A DNA stretch of 64,000 nucleotides from the human T2T-CHM13v2.0 reference genome, Homo sapiens, in assembly GCF_009914755.1 (NCBI RefSeq), contig NC_060925.1; one strand, written 5' to 3'. This document shows positions 43,864 through 60,640 of this stretch, one piece after another; position 1 is the stretch's first letter, and the number at the start of each line of letters is the position of its first letter. A program made the translations under genes and the position numbers. The notes under the pieces were generated by a model. The model worked only from the letters and a program-made list of their open reading frames with translations. It did not search any database and had not been told where the DNA came from.

Positions 43864-46442
43864 TCCTTTATTCATTTATTAATCTGGTTGTTTATCTGTG
43901 TTGCTTTGTAAATTTTTTTTATATTTTCTAGATATAAATCCCTTATCATATACATGTTTAACAAATATTTTCTTACATTCTGTGTGTTGCTTTTTTTTAA
44001 CTCTGTTGATAGTGTCTGTTAATACACAAAAGTTTTAAATGTTGATGAAGTCAACTAATCTATTTTTTCTTTTATTGTCTATACTTTTGGTTTCTTATTA
44101 AAAAAAATCATTGCCAAATCCAATATTATATAACTTTTACCCTTTGTTTTCTTCTACAAATTTTATAGTTTTAACTCTAATGTTTGGTTCTTTGATCCAT
44201 TTTGAGTTCATATTTGTAAGTTATAAGGTAAGAGCCCAACTTTTTTTAAGGAGATATCTCATTTCCTCAACATCATTTGTTAAAGAGACTCTTCTTTCTT
44301 AATTAAATGATCTTGACACCCATCCTGGAAATCACTGACCATATATGTCAGAGTATATTCATGGGCTGTCTTTTCTATTCCATTGGTTTATATGTCAGTC
44401 TTTATACCAGTACCACACATGGTTTTGTAATAAGTTTCAGAACTCAGAAACTGTAAGACTCCAACTTTGCTCTTCCTCTCTTCCTTTTTAAGATTATTTT
44501 CATAATTAGGGGATCTCTGGAAATTTCATATGAAAGTTATGGTAGATTTTTCTATTTATACAAAGTAATTGGAATGTTGGTAGAATTACCTCAAACCTGT
44601 ACATCACTTTGGGTAGTAGTGACATCTTAAGAATATTAAGTCTTCCAATTCATAAACGCAGGATGTTTTTCTAATGATTTATGTCATCTACAATTTCTTT
44701 AAAGGGTGTTTGAAGTTTTCACTCGACAACTCTTGCGCCTGCTTGGTTAAGCTTATTCCTAAGTGATTTATTCTTTTGATGCTGTTAAATGGGATTGTTT
44801 TCAAAATTTCCTTTTCTTTTTGTTTAGGAAGGAAATTAGAATTCCTGTTCTAATTCTATTTTTATACACTAGCAACTGATTTCTCCATATTGGCTTTGCA
44901 TCCTGCAACTTTGATGAATTCTTTTAATAGTTCTAATAGTTTTTTGTGGAATATTTAATGTTTTCCACAAATTAGATACTACCGTCGGCAGACAGAGATA
45001 ATTTTACTTTTTCATTACCAATTAGGATGCCTCCTTTATGCTTTTCTTGTCTAATTACTCTGGATAGGACTTGCAGTGTTCTGTGGAATGCAATTGGCAA
45101 AAGTAGGCATCCTTTTCTTGTTCCTGATGTTATAGGAAAAGCTATGACACTTCATCATTAAATGTGAAGTGAGCTGTGGGTTTTCAATATATGGCCTTTA
45201 TTATGTTGAGGTATTGTCTTTCTATTTCTACTTTGTTGATTATTTTTATCATGAAAGCCTCCTGAATTTTTCCATGCATTGGATATTCAAATTTCCTATT
45301 TCTTTGATTGTAAGTAAGTAAGGTGAATACTGATTGTTGTTTCAGTTCTCTCTCTTAACCTTAAAATACGCTACCTTTTCCTTCAGTTGCTAGAACTGCC
45401 TGTTACTAAATCCCCATCTCTGGTCTCCTCTCTCCCTTGCAGGCTTCTCTCTGGGCTCCACAGTGCAGTCTCACACTAAAGGAATCTGGATGTGGTGTAT
45501 GCCCCATCCCAAGAAGCCAGGCCACATCCTAGTTCTGCTGGACACCAAGGGTCTGGGAGATGTAGAGAAGGTGAGACTCAAGGATCCAATTGTGGAGTGA
45601 GCCCCTCTTCTCTGAATATTTTATGCACTGTTTAATTGTTTATTAACCATTAACTACAGGCTGTAATATGTGTGGGTTAACACAGATGCATAAAGGGAGC
45701 ACAAATAATCCCAGTGTCATGAGTCTTATCCTGCACAGAACTTTAGTTAAGAATTTGGGTGCTAAAGCCCCGTGACTTTGTATTTAAATTTAAATTCTGT
45801 CACTAATTCAGTAGCCTGAGAAAATTGACCTATTTTAGCCTCAGCATTCTAAGCTTTAAAATGTATGGAAAAGACCTATGTTGGCCACATAGTATAATTT
45901 TGAATATTTAATAAGAAAATATGTGTCAGGTGTATATTAATTATTCGATAAAACAGCAACTAATAGTACCAATCTTATATGTGAATTCTGTTATTGAAAA
46001 AAGAAGAGAAAATTTTAAATTTACATTGTACTCAGGCCTTAAAATGCCCACCAACCTTGAATTTTAATTTTACAATTATCTGTTGATGATCATTAGAAGA
46101 CCTAGTAAGGATCATTGTAACCCAAAACATTCATCGAAAAACTACCCAAAAGCCACATCCTACTGAGAATACTTTTTGTATTTGGCTTCTTTGATAGGTC
46201 ATTAGTGCTAAAGAACAAACAAACAAAAAACCAAAAACCCTCTAACATATGAACATAGTTTTACTACTCTTACTCTGGAAAGTGCTGTGACTACGAAACG
46301 TGCTCCTGACTCCAGTGTGTCTTGACTTCCAGGGTGACAACCAGAATGACTCCTGGATCTTCGCCCTGGCCGTCCTCCTGAACAGCACTTCCATGTACAA
46401 TAGCATGGGAACCATTAACCAGCAGGCCATGGACCAACTGCA

Positions 46443-46706
46443 GTATCCTTTGTGACCCAGAACAGCACCAAGGTCAGAGGGCACCTGTATTCATAAACCA
46501 GCTGCCTGACTGTGAATCCTGATGAATCAAGCTCAAAAGGAGAAAACATAAAATACATAAAGTACAGAGGAGTGATCCCATATATCCACTTTAGACTTGA
46601 CACTTAGGTTAAGAACAAAGGAAAATGGAAGGTTTGGGAATGTGTTGAACTAATATGGGATGAGGTCCATGTTCATTTTGTCACATTTCTTTAGTTAGCT
46701 ACTCAG
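46443..46706 (+). other. GBP1P1: U12-type intron 4 of GBP1P1 (branch site degenerate)
   Basis: GTATCCTTT donor at the same phase-2 position as in GBP6. Confidence 0.75.
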
Positions 46707-47157
46707 CTATGTGACAGAGCTGACACATCGAGTCCAACCAAAATCTTCACCTGATGAGAATGAGAATGAGGATTCAGCTGACTTTGCGAGCTTCTTCCCA
46801 GACTTTGTGTTGACACTGAGAGATTTCTAGCATTACAGAAAGCGCTTTTGGACAAAACTGTGATAAAATAAACTAAATGGAGGACTTTTTTTTATTGGAA
46901 TAGTGTCATTTGTTTCATACATATTGATCAAATGCTTACTATGAATAGACTGAAGATACAGATATAAATGAAATAGATATGGTTCCTGTCCTAATGTTGC
47001 TTGGGGTTAAAATGGATGCAAACATTCAATTAACACAGGTCTATGTAATCTAGTACAAGAACTCTCAAATGTTGGTATGCATACGTATCTTCTGAGGATC
47101 TTACCAAAGACAAAAGTCTAATTCAATAGATCTTGGACAGGGTCTAAGAGTCTGTAT

Positions 47158-47161
<4 letters not shown>

Positions 47162-47190
<29 letters not shown>
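47162..47190 (+). repeat. A29 homopolymer
   Basis: Read directly. Confidence 0.95.
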
Positions 47191-47192
<2 letters not shown>

Positions 47193-50100
47193 ATTACAGG
47201 GAATAGAGACTTTCTTTACTACAAGAAACATTAGCATTTGTTCTCCATAGGCAGGTCTAGAGAGCCTGGTGCTGACCTATGTCAATGCCATCAGCAGTGG
47301 GGATCTACCCTGCATGGAGAACGCAGTCCTGGCCTTGGCCCAGATAGAGAACTCAGCCGCAGTGCAAAAGGCTATTGCCCACTATGAAAAGCAGATGGGC
47401 CAGAAGGTGCAGCTGCCCACAGAAACCCTCCAGGAGCTGCTGGACCTGCACAGGGACAGTGAGAGCAAGGCCACTGAAGTTTTCATCAGGAGTTCCTTCA
47501 AAGATGTGGACCATCTATTTCAAAAGGAGTTAGCGGTAATTTTTGTCTCAAATTTATATGGTTTAGGGTCATGGAAGACAAAGTACTACAAAGAAAGAAA
47601 ACGAGTATTATTTTGATAGAAGTAATTCTTCCTAGCTTTCATAATGGTGACAACAACAGATTTGTAATCACATCAATCAAGAGGACCAACTGTATTATTA
47701 CAGACTCAAAGTTTTAAAACATTTTTTCCTGAATAATTTTCCCTTTACCTAAATGCATACAACTGATAACCAGAGCTTCTAATAAAATTACCTGCCCACT
47801 CTTCTCAGACTGATTTGATATTCTAGCCAAACACAAAGAAAATTTTCATCCTGCTTATCTTGAGCATGCTTCTGTTCAGCCACATTTATTCCATATGAAA
47901 TCATTAGTCCAATATGCAAAACCAGAGTTTTCCTCTAACGGTTGACATAAAGCTATCAATCTCGGTCCTGAACCTCACCTCCAAAAAGAAAGCGACTTCA
48001 GTAGAAAGTGGGGTCAGAAGGAAGAGTGTGGTCCTGGTGAGGAGTCTGTCAATTTCTCCAGCGTCATTGACTTTTATTTTCAGAAGTCATTCCCGAAATT
48101 CTGAGGTCAAGCTAACATCCTTTCCCTGTTACTCTTTTTACTTCCTATTTTTACATTAAAGGCCCAGCTAGACAAAAAGCGGGATGACTTTTGTAAACAG
48201 AATCAGGAAGCATCATCAGATTGTTGCTCAGCTTTACTTCAGGACATTTTCAGTCCTCTAGAAGAAGAAGTGAAGGGGGTAATTTATTCGAAACCAGGGG
48301 GCTATCGTCTCTTTATTCAGAAGTTACAAGACCTGGAGAAAAAGTACTATGAGGAACCGAGGAAGGGGATACAGGTAACCAAAATTCATCTGTCGATTAT
48401 GGAAACCTGCTGACCTGCCTCCTACAAACACCAAGGTGACCAAGCTTCACTGCACACAGATGTGCTTTTTTGTTTGCATAACATTCATGCTTTCATTCAA
48501 TAACATATGCAAAGAGGCTGTTATTCCAGATATGCCCTAGGTGCTCATCAAGGAGAGTGCAATTAACTACTGAGTTACAAATTCAACTAGCAGATGAAGC
48601 ACCAAGTTGTCATTATCATCATTACAGCTGGGCTTTTCCTGTTGCAAGAGACAGGAACCTAATGATGGCTGCTTAAACAAAAATAGTAATTCATTGATTT
48701 AGGCTGCAAACTGGCTTTACAGGACAGGTGGGTCTAAGGTTTCAAGTAACATCATGAACTGTCTCTCTGTCCAGTGTTCCCCCATCCCCACAGTTTTCTC
48801 CCTCCCACCCTCCCTCTATCTGAGTCACTCTGATATTTGCTTTCTCAATGATGGCTTCATTCCCCAGCAGGCTCAGCCCATATGGGACCACAGCATTAAC
48901 AGTTCCAAACTTAGAGCCCTTAATCTAAACAGGACAGAGACTCTCCTTTTCCCAGTATCTATATTAGCCTACTAAAAATGACTGCTAAGTAGGATGCTCT
49001 GATCAGCTTGCCAGGAGCATGTGCCTCTCGCTCTGACAGGGAATTTCACCACCAAGGACAACAGGGCAAAGGAAAGAATTCCCAGAGGAAAGGATGGCAG
49101 GAAGACAAACAGGAACACCTGCTTACAGCCGTCTCCTACTTCTCACTTTGTGTTCTCTGGGTCCTAAGGCTGAAGAGATTCTGCAGACATACTTGAAATC
49201 CAAGGAGTCTATGACTGATGCAATTCTCCAGACAGACCAGACTCTCACAGAAAAAGAAAAGGAGATTGAAGGTGAGGAGTGAGTTAAGAGATTAGATGGC
49301 CTCAAAAGCTCCAAAAATTGAAATAACTTGACTGGATAAACATGGGACCCTTTAACTAGAGCAAGATCCACAAAGGTGTGTCTTACTTGCCGAGGTCATC
49401 TCTGAGTAGGGCATATGCAGTCAGCAACAACGACAGGTAAGTGTATAAGGAACAATGAGGCAACAAGATAACCCCACACAAATTTTCCTTCTTTCTTTTC
49501 CTCCACAGTGGAACGTGTGAAAGCTGAGTCTGCACAGGCTTCAGCAAAAATGTTGCAGCAAATGCAAAGAAAGAATGAGCAGATGATGGAACAGAAGGAG
49601 AGGAGTTATCAGGAACACTTGAAACAACTGACTGAGAAGATGGAGAGCGACAGGGTCCAGTTGCTGGAAGAGCAAGAGAGGACCCTCGCTCTTAAACTTC
49701 AGGTGTCTAATTGCATCACCTTGAGGTTTCTGTTTTTCTGTTTTCTCTCCATTCTCCCCGATCACAGGCTTACTGTGGCAGAGAGAACATGAAGCCCAGG
49801 GGAAGAACCCTGCTTGCTTACTTGTACTTTTCAATTCCTGTCTGTCCAGCCTGAACTGGCTACTGCCAAGTCTGGTCACTAAACTGCAAATATTGCAGTT
49901 GTGTCACATTCAGTGCTTTATCTATATATCCTTCATTTCAAGGCAGGTATTATCTGCTAGCCATCATTAAAGTATCTGTATCTCTTGCTTAATACCATGT
50001 GAAGCAAGAACTATATTCTTATTACTTAGGAGAAGAAACAAAGTTTCCAAAAATAATAAATAAATAGAGTCACACAGCTAGTAAATGTATCAAAGCTGTC

Positions 50101-50449
50101 TTCATCACTTAGTGGAATCCACAATGATTATTTTTTTCTGTGACACCTAGTATGAAATTAAACTTAAGAAAACCTTTGTGAGCAGAAAGTCTCCTAACCC
50201 TCACACCTGTGTGATACTCTGCTAATTCTGACAATTTTTTATGTCCTGCTCCCAGTTTGTTTTGAGTTGTGAGCTATATGCAGAAACTCAGTATGGTCAG
50301 TCTGGCACTCAGATTTCTTACCTATCTTCTGCTACCCCTGACACCAAGGTGTGGCAGCTTAGATCAAATTTCCTAATCCATGATTCATACACCTTATGAG
50401 ATTTTGAGGATACTTTGTTTATTTCTGTGTTATGTTATATACATACTAG

Positions 50450-51020
50450 TGTAAGGAACATGGCTGTGCTTGGTCAAGGATAGGCCAAAGTACGATGTTT
50501 ACATCTTGCATGACTCAGCGAGTCTAGAGCACAGGTGTATAACTCCACTTGTCATCACAGCCATGCAGACATAACATAGAGAAGCTCACCACCATAGCCA
50601 TAACATAGGGAAGGCCATCACTTGGCTCTAAGCCACTATTGTCTATAAAAGGTATAATTCCCTGTTGACACTGTGCAGGTGCTGGCGCCCAAAGAGAAAG
50701 CCAAAGCTGTCCGTCTTTGCAGACAGACAGAGAGGAACCAGGACACAGCTCAGGCCACTCGTGCCTAGAGAGAGAGAAAGAGTTAAGCTGCTGACCCTGA
50801 AGGCAGGGAAGAGCCGGCTGCACAGCTGTGTGGGGGGCTGCCAGGCTAAGCAGCCAAGACAAGGCAGACAGTGTAGACAGCTAGTGTGAGAAAGCTGTTA
50901 AGAGCTGGTGCTGAATAAAATCATATTCACCTGCCCACGGCCCGCTGAGTATTCTTTCGGCTCATCCGCCCATTCCCTCCCGACCTCAGCATGACCTGTG
51001 GCATAGTCGTGAGCCTGACA
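50450..51020 (+). mobile_element. LTR18-family solo LTR (ERVL) in GBP1P1 intron 10, with AP-1 motif TGACTCA at 50511-50517
   Basis: TGTAAGGAACATGGCTG...TGACA termini; 5-bp TSD actag/aatag. Confidence 0.75.
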
Positions 51021-52609
51021 AATAGTAAACATGTAGGTAGGTATATAAAAGAATGTATAATGCATAGATAAGAGTTGAAGCCAAACATATGATCAAGATT
51101 GCCCACCAAGGCTGTATACAATTAATGGGGGGGAAATCAAGCCTGGTAATTTAGGTTCATCAAACATAGCAAAATGTATGGCTGAAACTCTCTCTTAGCT
51201 AAAGGACTCGCAGGAGAAGAAATCACTGAGCCTGGATGCCCAAGCAAAAGTATAATGAAAATTAAGGCTAGAGAAAAGTTTAAGAGAAAATTAAATAACA
51301 AATCATTGAATGTGGAAACCAGATAGAATATTTCAATTTTCCCGATGCCACACTTTATTCAGCCTCCGTTTGTCCCTCTTTAGGAACAAGAGCGACTACT
51401 AAAAGAGAGATTTGAAAACGTAAGCAGAAGAATCCAAAATGAGATACAGAATCTCCAGAGGACAATGATACAACCAAGGACATGTACCATAAACTAAAGA
51501 CCAGAGCCTTCCTGTCACCCCTACCCAAGGCATAATTGAAACAATTTTAGAATTTGGAACAAGCGACACTACATTTGATAATAATTAGATCTTGCATCAT
51601 AACACCAAAATTTATAAAGGCATGCAGTACAATGATCAAAATCATGTTTTTTCCAAAAAAAAAAAGACTGTAAATTGTGCAAAAAAGATGCATTTACCTC
51701 TGTACCAACTCAGGAAGGTTCATGAGCTGGTACCACCCAGGAGTTTATTCTTCCAGATGACCAGCAGTAGACAAATGGGTACTGAGCAGAGTCTTAGGTA
51801 AAAGTCTTGGGAAATATTTGGGCATTGGTCTGGCCAAGTCTACAATGTCCCAATATCAAGGACAACCACCCTGGCTTCTTAGTGAAGACAATGTACAGTT
51901 ATCCATTAGATCAGGGCTACACAGTCTATGAGCAATAATGTGATTTGTGGACATTGCCCATGTATTGTCCTCACTGATGATTTCAAGCTAAAGCAAACCA
52001 CCTTATACAGAGATCTAGAATCCCTTTATGTTCTCCAGAGGTAGGTGGAAGAAACCATGAGCAGGAGCAGGAATTGAGTGATAAACAAATGGGCTAAAGA
52101 AGAAAACTTTTCTTCTTGTTCAGTTCATCCAGATTATAACTTTAATGGGACACTTTAGACCATTAGACAGTTGACACTGGATTAAACAAAGTCACATAAT
52201 GCCAATTACACACTGTATTTATGGCAATGTATAATTTGCAAAGATTGACTTTAAAAGATGCTGTGTAACAGAATTGAATTAATTCAATTACTTATTATTT
52301 AGAATGCTAAAGCTTATGCTAGTCTTTTCTAATTCTTAACACTCATACTTGAAATCTTGCTGAGTTTCCCCAGAAGAGAATATCGGATGTTTTTTGACAT
52401 TTTTGACCCATTTAATAATGTTCTTGTGTTTACTTAGTATACATAGACTTTATCTCATGTGTCAAAAGTCCTAGGAAAGTGGTTGATGTTTCTTATAGCA
52501 ATTAAAAATTATTTCTGAACTGTAAATACAATGTATTTCACTAGGCTTCTTATTTCTGATTAAGTTTTCTTTTTGCAGTTATTTTTGTCAGAAAAGAAGG
52601 TTTTAGTCT

Positions 52610-52825
52610 TTATAGCAATGGTTGGCAATCTTTTCTGAAAATACCAGATAGTAACTATTTATGACTTCGCAGGTCATACAGTCTGTCTCAAGTACTCAGC
52701 TCTGCATGTAGTGCAAAGGCAGCCATAGAAAATACATAAACCAATAGGTGTGGCTATGTTCCAATCAATTTTTATTTTCAATAACAGGGTGGCACCCATA
52801 AGCCATAGTTTGCAGAACTCTGATT
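52610..52825. mobile_element. MER58-like hAT MITE
   Basis: ggttggcaatctttt...actcagctctgc..tagtgcaaaggcagccataga...tagtttgcagaactctg. Confidence 0.7.
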
Positions 52826-53399
52826 TACAGACACATTGGTCAAAGTTTTATATACCGGCCTTGTGTAACTCACACGTACAAAAATCATATGGATTAGATT
52901 ATATATATTAGAATCTTGAAAAAACTATGTGGTTATTCAAAATAACACAGTGAGAAAAAAGGAGGGAAGCAGTTAATGCCATTAAATCCACATTAATAAT
53001 TCTGTCTTTTCTAATTGCTTTGAGGCCTTTTATTACCTTGAGCTACCTCTGATCCAATCACATGGCAAATGCCTCCTTTCACAATAGAGCATGGTGCTGT
53101 TTCCTCACTTGAACTGAAACTTCATAGAAGACCAGGTGAGACCACAGAATACTAGATGAAATGTTCATGTAGGTAAGCTTTATATTTTCTTCCAAGCTCC
53201 ATTGCTACAAAGGTGTAAATAAAATACATTTTTATGAGTTGAAGTAACTTCATGGTAGAAAATAATAACTCTGCCTTCAAAAGCAAATAATGGTTTCTTT
53301 GTTAACCAATAAAGCATAAGAAAATGAAAAATCAGCAAAACTGAGTTACTTCCTCCCCAGTTTGGTAGCATTAATATTTAGACCACATTCCAAAGCATC

Positions 53400-54095
53400 T
53401 GACTTGGTTTAGTACTTTTCTCTAGCATATGCCAGAATAGAATCAAGCTCTCTCCAGGGAGGCATGTTGCTTTCCTGCCCTTAGACCCTCCAATGGTGTG
53501 CAACGGTGCAGGCTATGGTGAGTGGGGCCAGGAAATCACCAGGCCCCTGGATGGCATGCTTGGGTCCCAGTGGCAGGTGACCTGGGCCTGCTGTCAGACT
53601 TCCTGATGTTGCATGCACATGCCCACAGCTACAGTTGAGGCAGCATGATCCCCAGGCCCTGGGCAGCATGTTTGCATGGTGGGTGGTGTGAGAGCCTGTC
53701 CTCAGGACACAGAACAGTGTCTGGGTAGACCAGCTCCAGGACCATTGGAGGCACATGCAGATGCTTGGTGGCCCTGCTTCCGGTGGAAGGTTGAGAGGGT
53801 TGCTGTCGGTGGCAGTGGCCCCGGGCAAGTGGCTTTCAGAAACTGAGGAGTGTGCATTTAGGCTCCCTTTGTCCTGGGGACAGCCTCCCTGGTGTGGTGC
53901 ACTGCTGTTCCTTACTGCACCACTGGATTCAGCCCACGGGACAAAGTTGCAGCTCTCTGGGTGGAAATGAAGAGATGTCCGCAGGGTTCCAGGGACGTGG
54001 AGATGATGGGGCTGTTCGCCCCAGAGCAAGATACAGTCTGATGGGGGCTGGGCTTTCAAAATAGTGCTGCGCGGCAGCTCCTTGAGTCTTGGGAG
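53400..54095. mobile_element. GC-rich old L1 5' UTR-like fragment
   Basis: Resembles L1M1/L1PB 5' region; no credible protein. Confidence 0.4.
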
Positions 54096-56720
<2,625 letters not shown>

Positions 56721-56903
56721 TATGAGTACTGGGTAAAAACAGATGAGTGTTTTGACTAGAAGATGGTGTCTATAAAGCCATGGTCTGACAACATTGATTT
56801 AGACTATGTTTATTCTATACAGATACACAATGCTATGTAACTTCTTTGTATACTCTCTCATCCTGAACACACATTTTATAAATATGTATGAAATTTCAAA
56901 ACA

Positions 56904-57202
56904 GGCCTGGCATGGTGCCTCATGCCTATAATTCAGCACTTTAGGAGACCAAGGCAGGTGGATCGCTTGAATCTAGGAGTTTGAGACCAGCCTGGGAAAC
57001 ATGGCAAGACCCCATCTTTACCAAAAAAAAAAAAAAATAGTCAGATGTTGTAGTGCATGCCTGTGGTCCCAGCTATTTGAAAGGCTTAGGCAGGAGGATC
57101 ACTTGAGCTGGGGAGACAGAGGGTGCAAAGAGCTCAGATGGCACCACTGCACGCCAGCCTGGGTGACAGACCCAGACTCTGTCTCAAAAAAAAAAAAAAA
57201 AA
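56904..57202 (+). mobile_element. AluJ-like
   Basis: Diverged dimer; TSD tcaaaacag. Confidence 0.88.
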
Positions 57203-59699
57203 TCAAAACAGAAATTAGGAAAAATATTTGTTAAACTCAACTCTTTATTATGTTAAAAAGAATTTTGATAATTTCAACAAATGGTTTATTTGGAATTTCC
57301 TATAACACTAACTGTACACGGATATGTTACAATGCATTGCATTATTTTGTACTGATTGCTAATAGCAACTGGATGAGCAAAATCATAATTAAATTGCAAG
57401 AAAATTAATATTCAATACATAATTGATTAGATGAAACAGGAAAATCTTACAAAACAATGTATAATAATGCAGCTGCAAAGGAATCACTATTTTCTCACAC
57501 TATTAATTTTTTTATTATATGCTCCAACAAGAACATTGTTTACTATGTTATACTTGGTTCACAGTGCAGTCTTCTCTTGATAATCATATCATGTTCTATT
57601 AAATGGAATTCTCTTGACTGGGGTTTCTACATTTTTTAAAATGTGAATTAATATTAGGAAGGATGTGAATCTGAGTAGTCATAGAAAGGGTTAGCATTGT
57701 GGACAACATTATTTTAATTCCAAGAGCTCTCTGTTTCTTGCTACTTCCATGATATTTGGCAATAATTAGGGGCAATTGTTTCCAAATGGTTCTTAAGTCC
57801 CCTACACTTCACCCAATGGTGGGAACAGTGACAAAACAAGAAACGGGTAAAGTCAGTGGAACTCCTGCTTCAATCAGAGCAATCCCACTTCTTATTTGTT
57901 TCCTATACTAGCATTTCATGCACGGTTTTATTTGCAAAAAATGTTCCGGTGCTACCGTAATTTTGAAAAACACTGATAAAGGGCATGGGTGCTAATTAGC
58001 TATTAACAATAAAGATTTAATTAACAAAACATGCGATCTTTGACTCAGAAAATAGTGGATATTCTAAAGATTTCCTATCTTTTTTTTACCTTCTATTATG
58101 CAGATATGTGGGTATATCTCATATTACATAATTTCTGGATCCTTGCTGGATTTCACATTGAGCCTTATTAGAAAATTAGTAATACATTTGTTCTGACCAA
58201 AAAATGGCTCAAAAATATAATGGAAATAAGCTTTACTCTATTTTAAAAGAAAGCTAGTATTTTCATTAAAATATGCAAATGCACTATGACTTTTAATACA
58301 ATTAAAATACATAGCAATGAACTGACAGAATACACTGGATTAGAAAATGAGGGCAAACTCTGTGCCCATTAATTTGTCAGGACTGAAAACTCAAGCGGAG
58401 TAAACATATATGGAAAGCAGGCAAGATGACAGCGTCAACTGGCAGAACCAGGCCTCCAGTGTCTTGTGTCAGTTTCTGCTTCTTCCTGTCAACACGAAAC
58501 TGCAGCACCATGGCTTCTCTAGAATTCCCAGAAAACACGTTAGTCCAGAGCTGGATTTAAACACAGAATAAAGAGAATTCCAATGAAAAAGCTAAGATCA
58601 AAAGAAGTTCATAATGAACTGCCTTCTGTATTTATACCCATTTTGTTTATTTGGTGGGTTTTATGGAGGGAAAGCAGGAAGACTGCTGAAAATAACCGAA
58701 ACCCCAATTAAAACCAGGGTAAGCAATTAGAAAAAAAAATGTTACATTAGGGGAAGTCTAGGCATTGATTCAGCAGCCTAGTGATGTTAACAAGGACACC
58801 GCTCTTTTTATTTTTCTGCTCTGCTGCCCTTTCTTTTCCCTTCTTTCTGAGACAGGCCCACCCTGTGGGTATGCCTAATGGCAAGCACAACTGGGGCAAT
58901 GGGCTTTACTTAATCACACAGAGAAGGAAAGAAAACATCTCTCCCAACTGTAGACTATAAAGTACTCATTCTGTCTAATGGGGCAAACCTGAAACACATA
59001 CACCAATAAAACACGTTAGGCAAATTCCGTGTGCTGATTCTCATTTATACTAACCCAGATTCAGCTCCACAGTTTTGGATGAGAAGGATACATGAAAAAA
59101 AGGAGTTTCTCTGAAAAAGGCTAAAGGAGACATTTGATGCTAAAGAGAAAACAGATCAGATTCTCTACATGCCATCAGAAAATATGGGGAAAAATATTAA
59201 TGATAACAACACAAAAGATCACACATTCACACCTTATTACAAATTTTGTGCCATGGAAACCTTTTTAGAAAGAATGTATATTTAAATATCATGTTTAGGA
59301 AATGTGCTGATATTTAATACTTAATTGAAACTTATTAAATATTCAGTGTTCAAAATAAGGTAAGACTTCGGTGTACATTATCTCAATCAGCCTCACAAAA
59401 CAATATGAATTGGATATTGATGTGCTCATTGAGAAGATGATGAAATAAGGTATAGAAAGCTCACAAACTGAGGAGTGGCAGAGATGCTAGCACCTCCCTC
59501 TAGGGGCGACACCCTGCTTTTCCTCTATATTCCTAATGTGACAGAGCTCGAAGTGATGTAGATTATATACCCTTCTTCCTTCTTATCTTTGCTTCCAAAT
59601 CATTTGTCCTCTTTCTTTAGCTTCTAAATCTCCTGGAAACCCACAAAACAACAAAACACATAAAGTGAAACACATGTCATCAGGCTATATTACTCACGA

Positions 59700-60640
59700 C
59701 TCCCTTGCTCTAGGTATTCTGGATCTCCCAACCCCTTTATTCACTGAATATTTTAGCACCTGCCTCTTCCTCTCTTTACCACTACTCTTGTTGTTAATCT
59801 TCGGGGCTTTTTGCATGTGGTAGACAAGGATCTAATACCCCAGCGTCTCAGCTACTTGACCTCCGAGGAAGTCTTCACTATCATCTCACCTCAGCCTCAA
59901 CCTTTTCTTTACAGTAACTAAACCTCCTCCATAATCTCACTGTCAAGCATCCCACACAATCAGCCCCTCTCATGACCTACCTGCTCCATGTCGATATGTC
60001 AAATTGTCGATTCTCCATTCTCATCTTATGTTATGTCTCAGCAATACTACAAAGATAAGCATCCCTTCCTTCTTCAGGCATTTCATATTTCGGGCTGCTT
60101 ATCTAGCACACAGTCTTTGTTTTTCTCTATCTCATTGGCCATTCTTTTTCAATTTCCTTTTCTGAATTCTTCCTACTTCTTAATTTCTAAATATTATAGC
60201 TCTTCAGTTTTTGAGCCCTTTTTTTCCTTAATCCACTGCCTTGGCTTCAGCAAATCTCTATTCAACGTGTCCAAATTTACGGCTCTAACTTCACTGCCTG
60301 TTTAGCATTCCCACACTGATGTCCAATAAAAATCTCAAGTTTTACATATCCAAAGCAAAACTCTGATTTCTCCTGTGATCCTAAACCTCATCCTCCCACA
60401 GTCTCCCCTATCTTGGTAAATATAATTGCTTTAACCCATCCTTGGTCCCTATTTTCCTCTCTGTCCTCAAATTCAATCCAACAGCAAATCCTGTTAGCTC
60501 TAAATTGGAAATGCACCTAGAGGTGAATAAAACCTCACCCTTTCTAGTCTAAGTCCATATTGTCATTCACCTGGGATTCCATACTAGATTCCTAATTTGC
60601 TAACTGTGTTCACTTTTGTCCTTCTAGATCTACTCCAGTC
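59700..60640 (+). mobile_element. L2 LINE remnant
   Basis: L2 3' motifs (ctcaagttttacatatccaaagcaaaactc, caaatcctgttagctcta). Confidence 0.6.

Noticed and set aside
53481-54064. 192-aa ORF and overlapping ORFs as a new gene
   Set aside because: GC-rich repeat-derived sequence with no recognisable domain or splice structure
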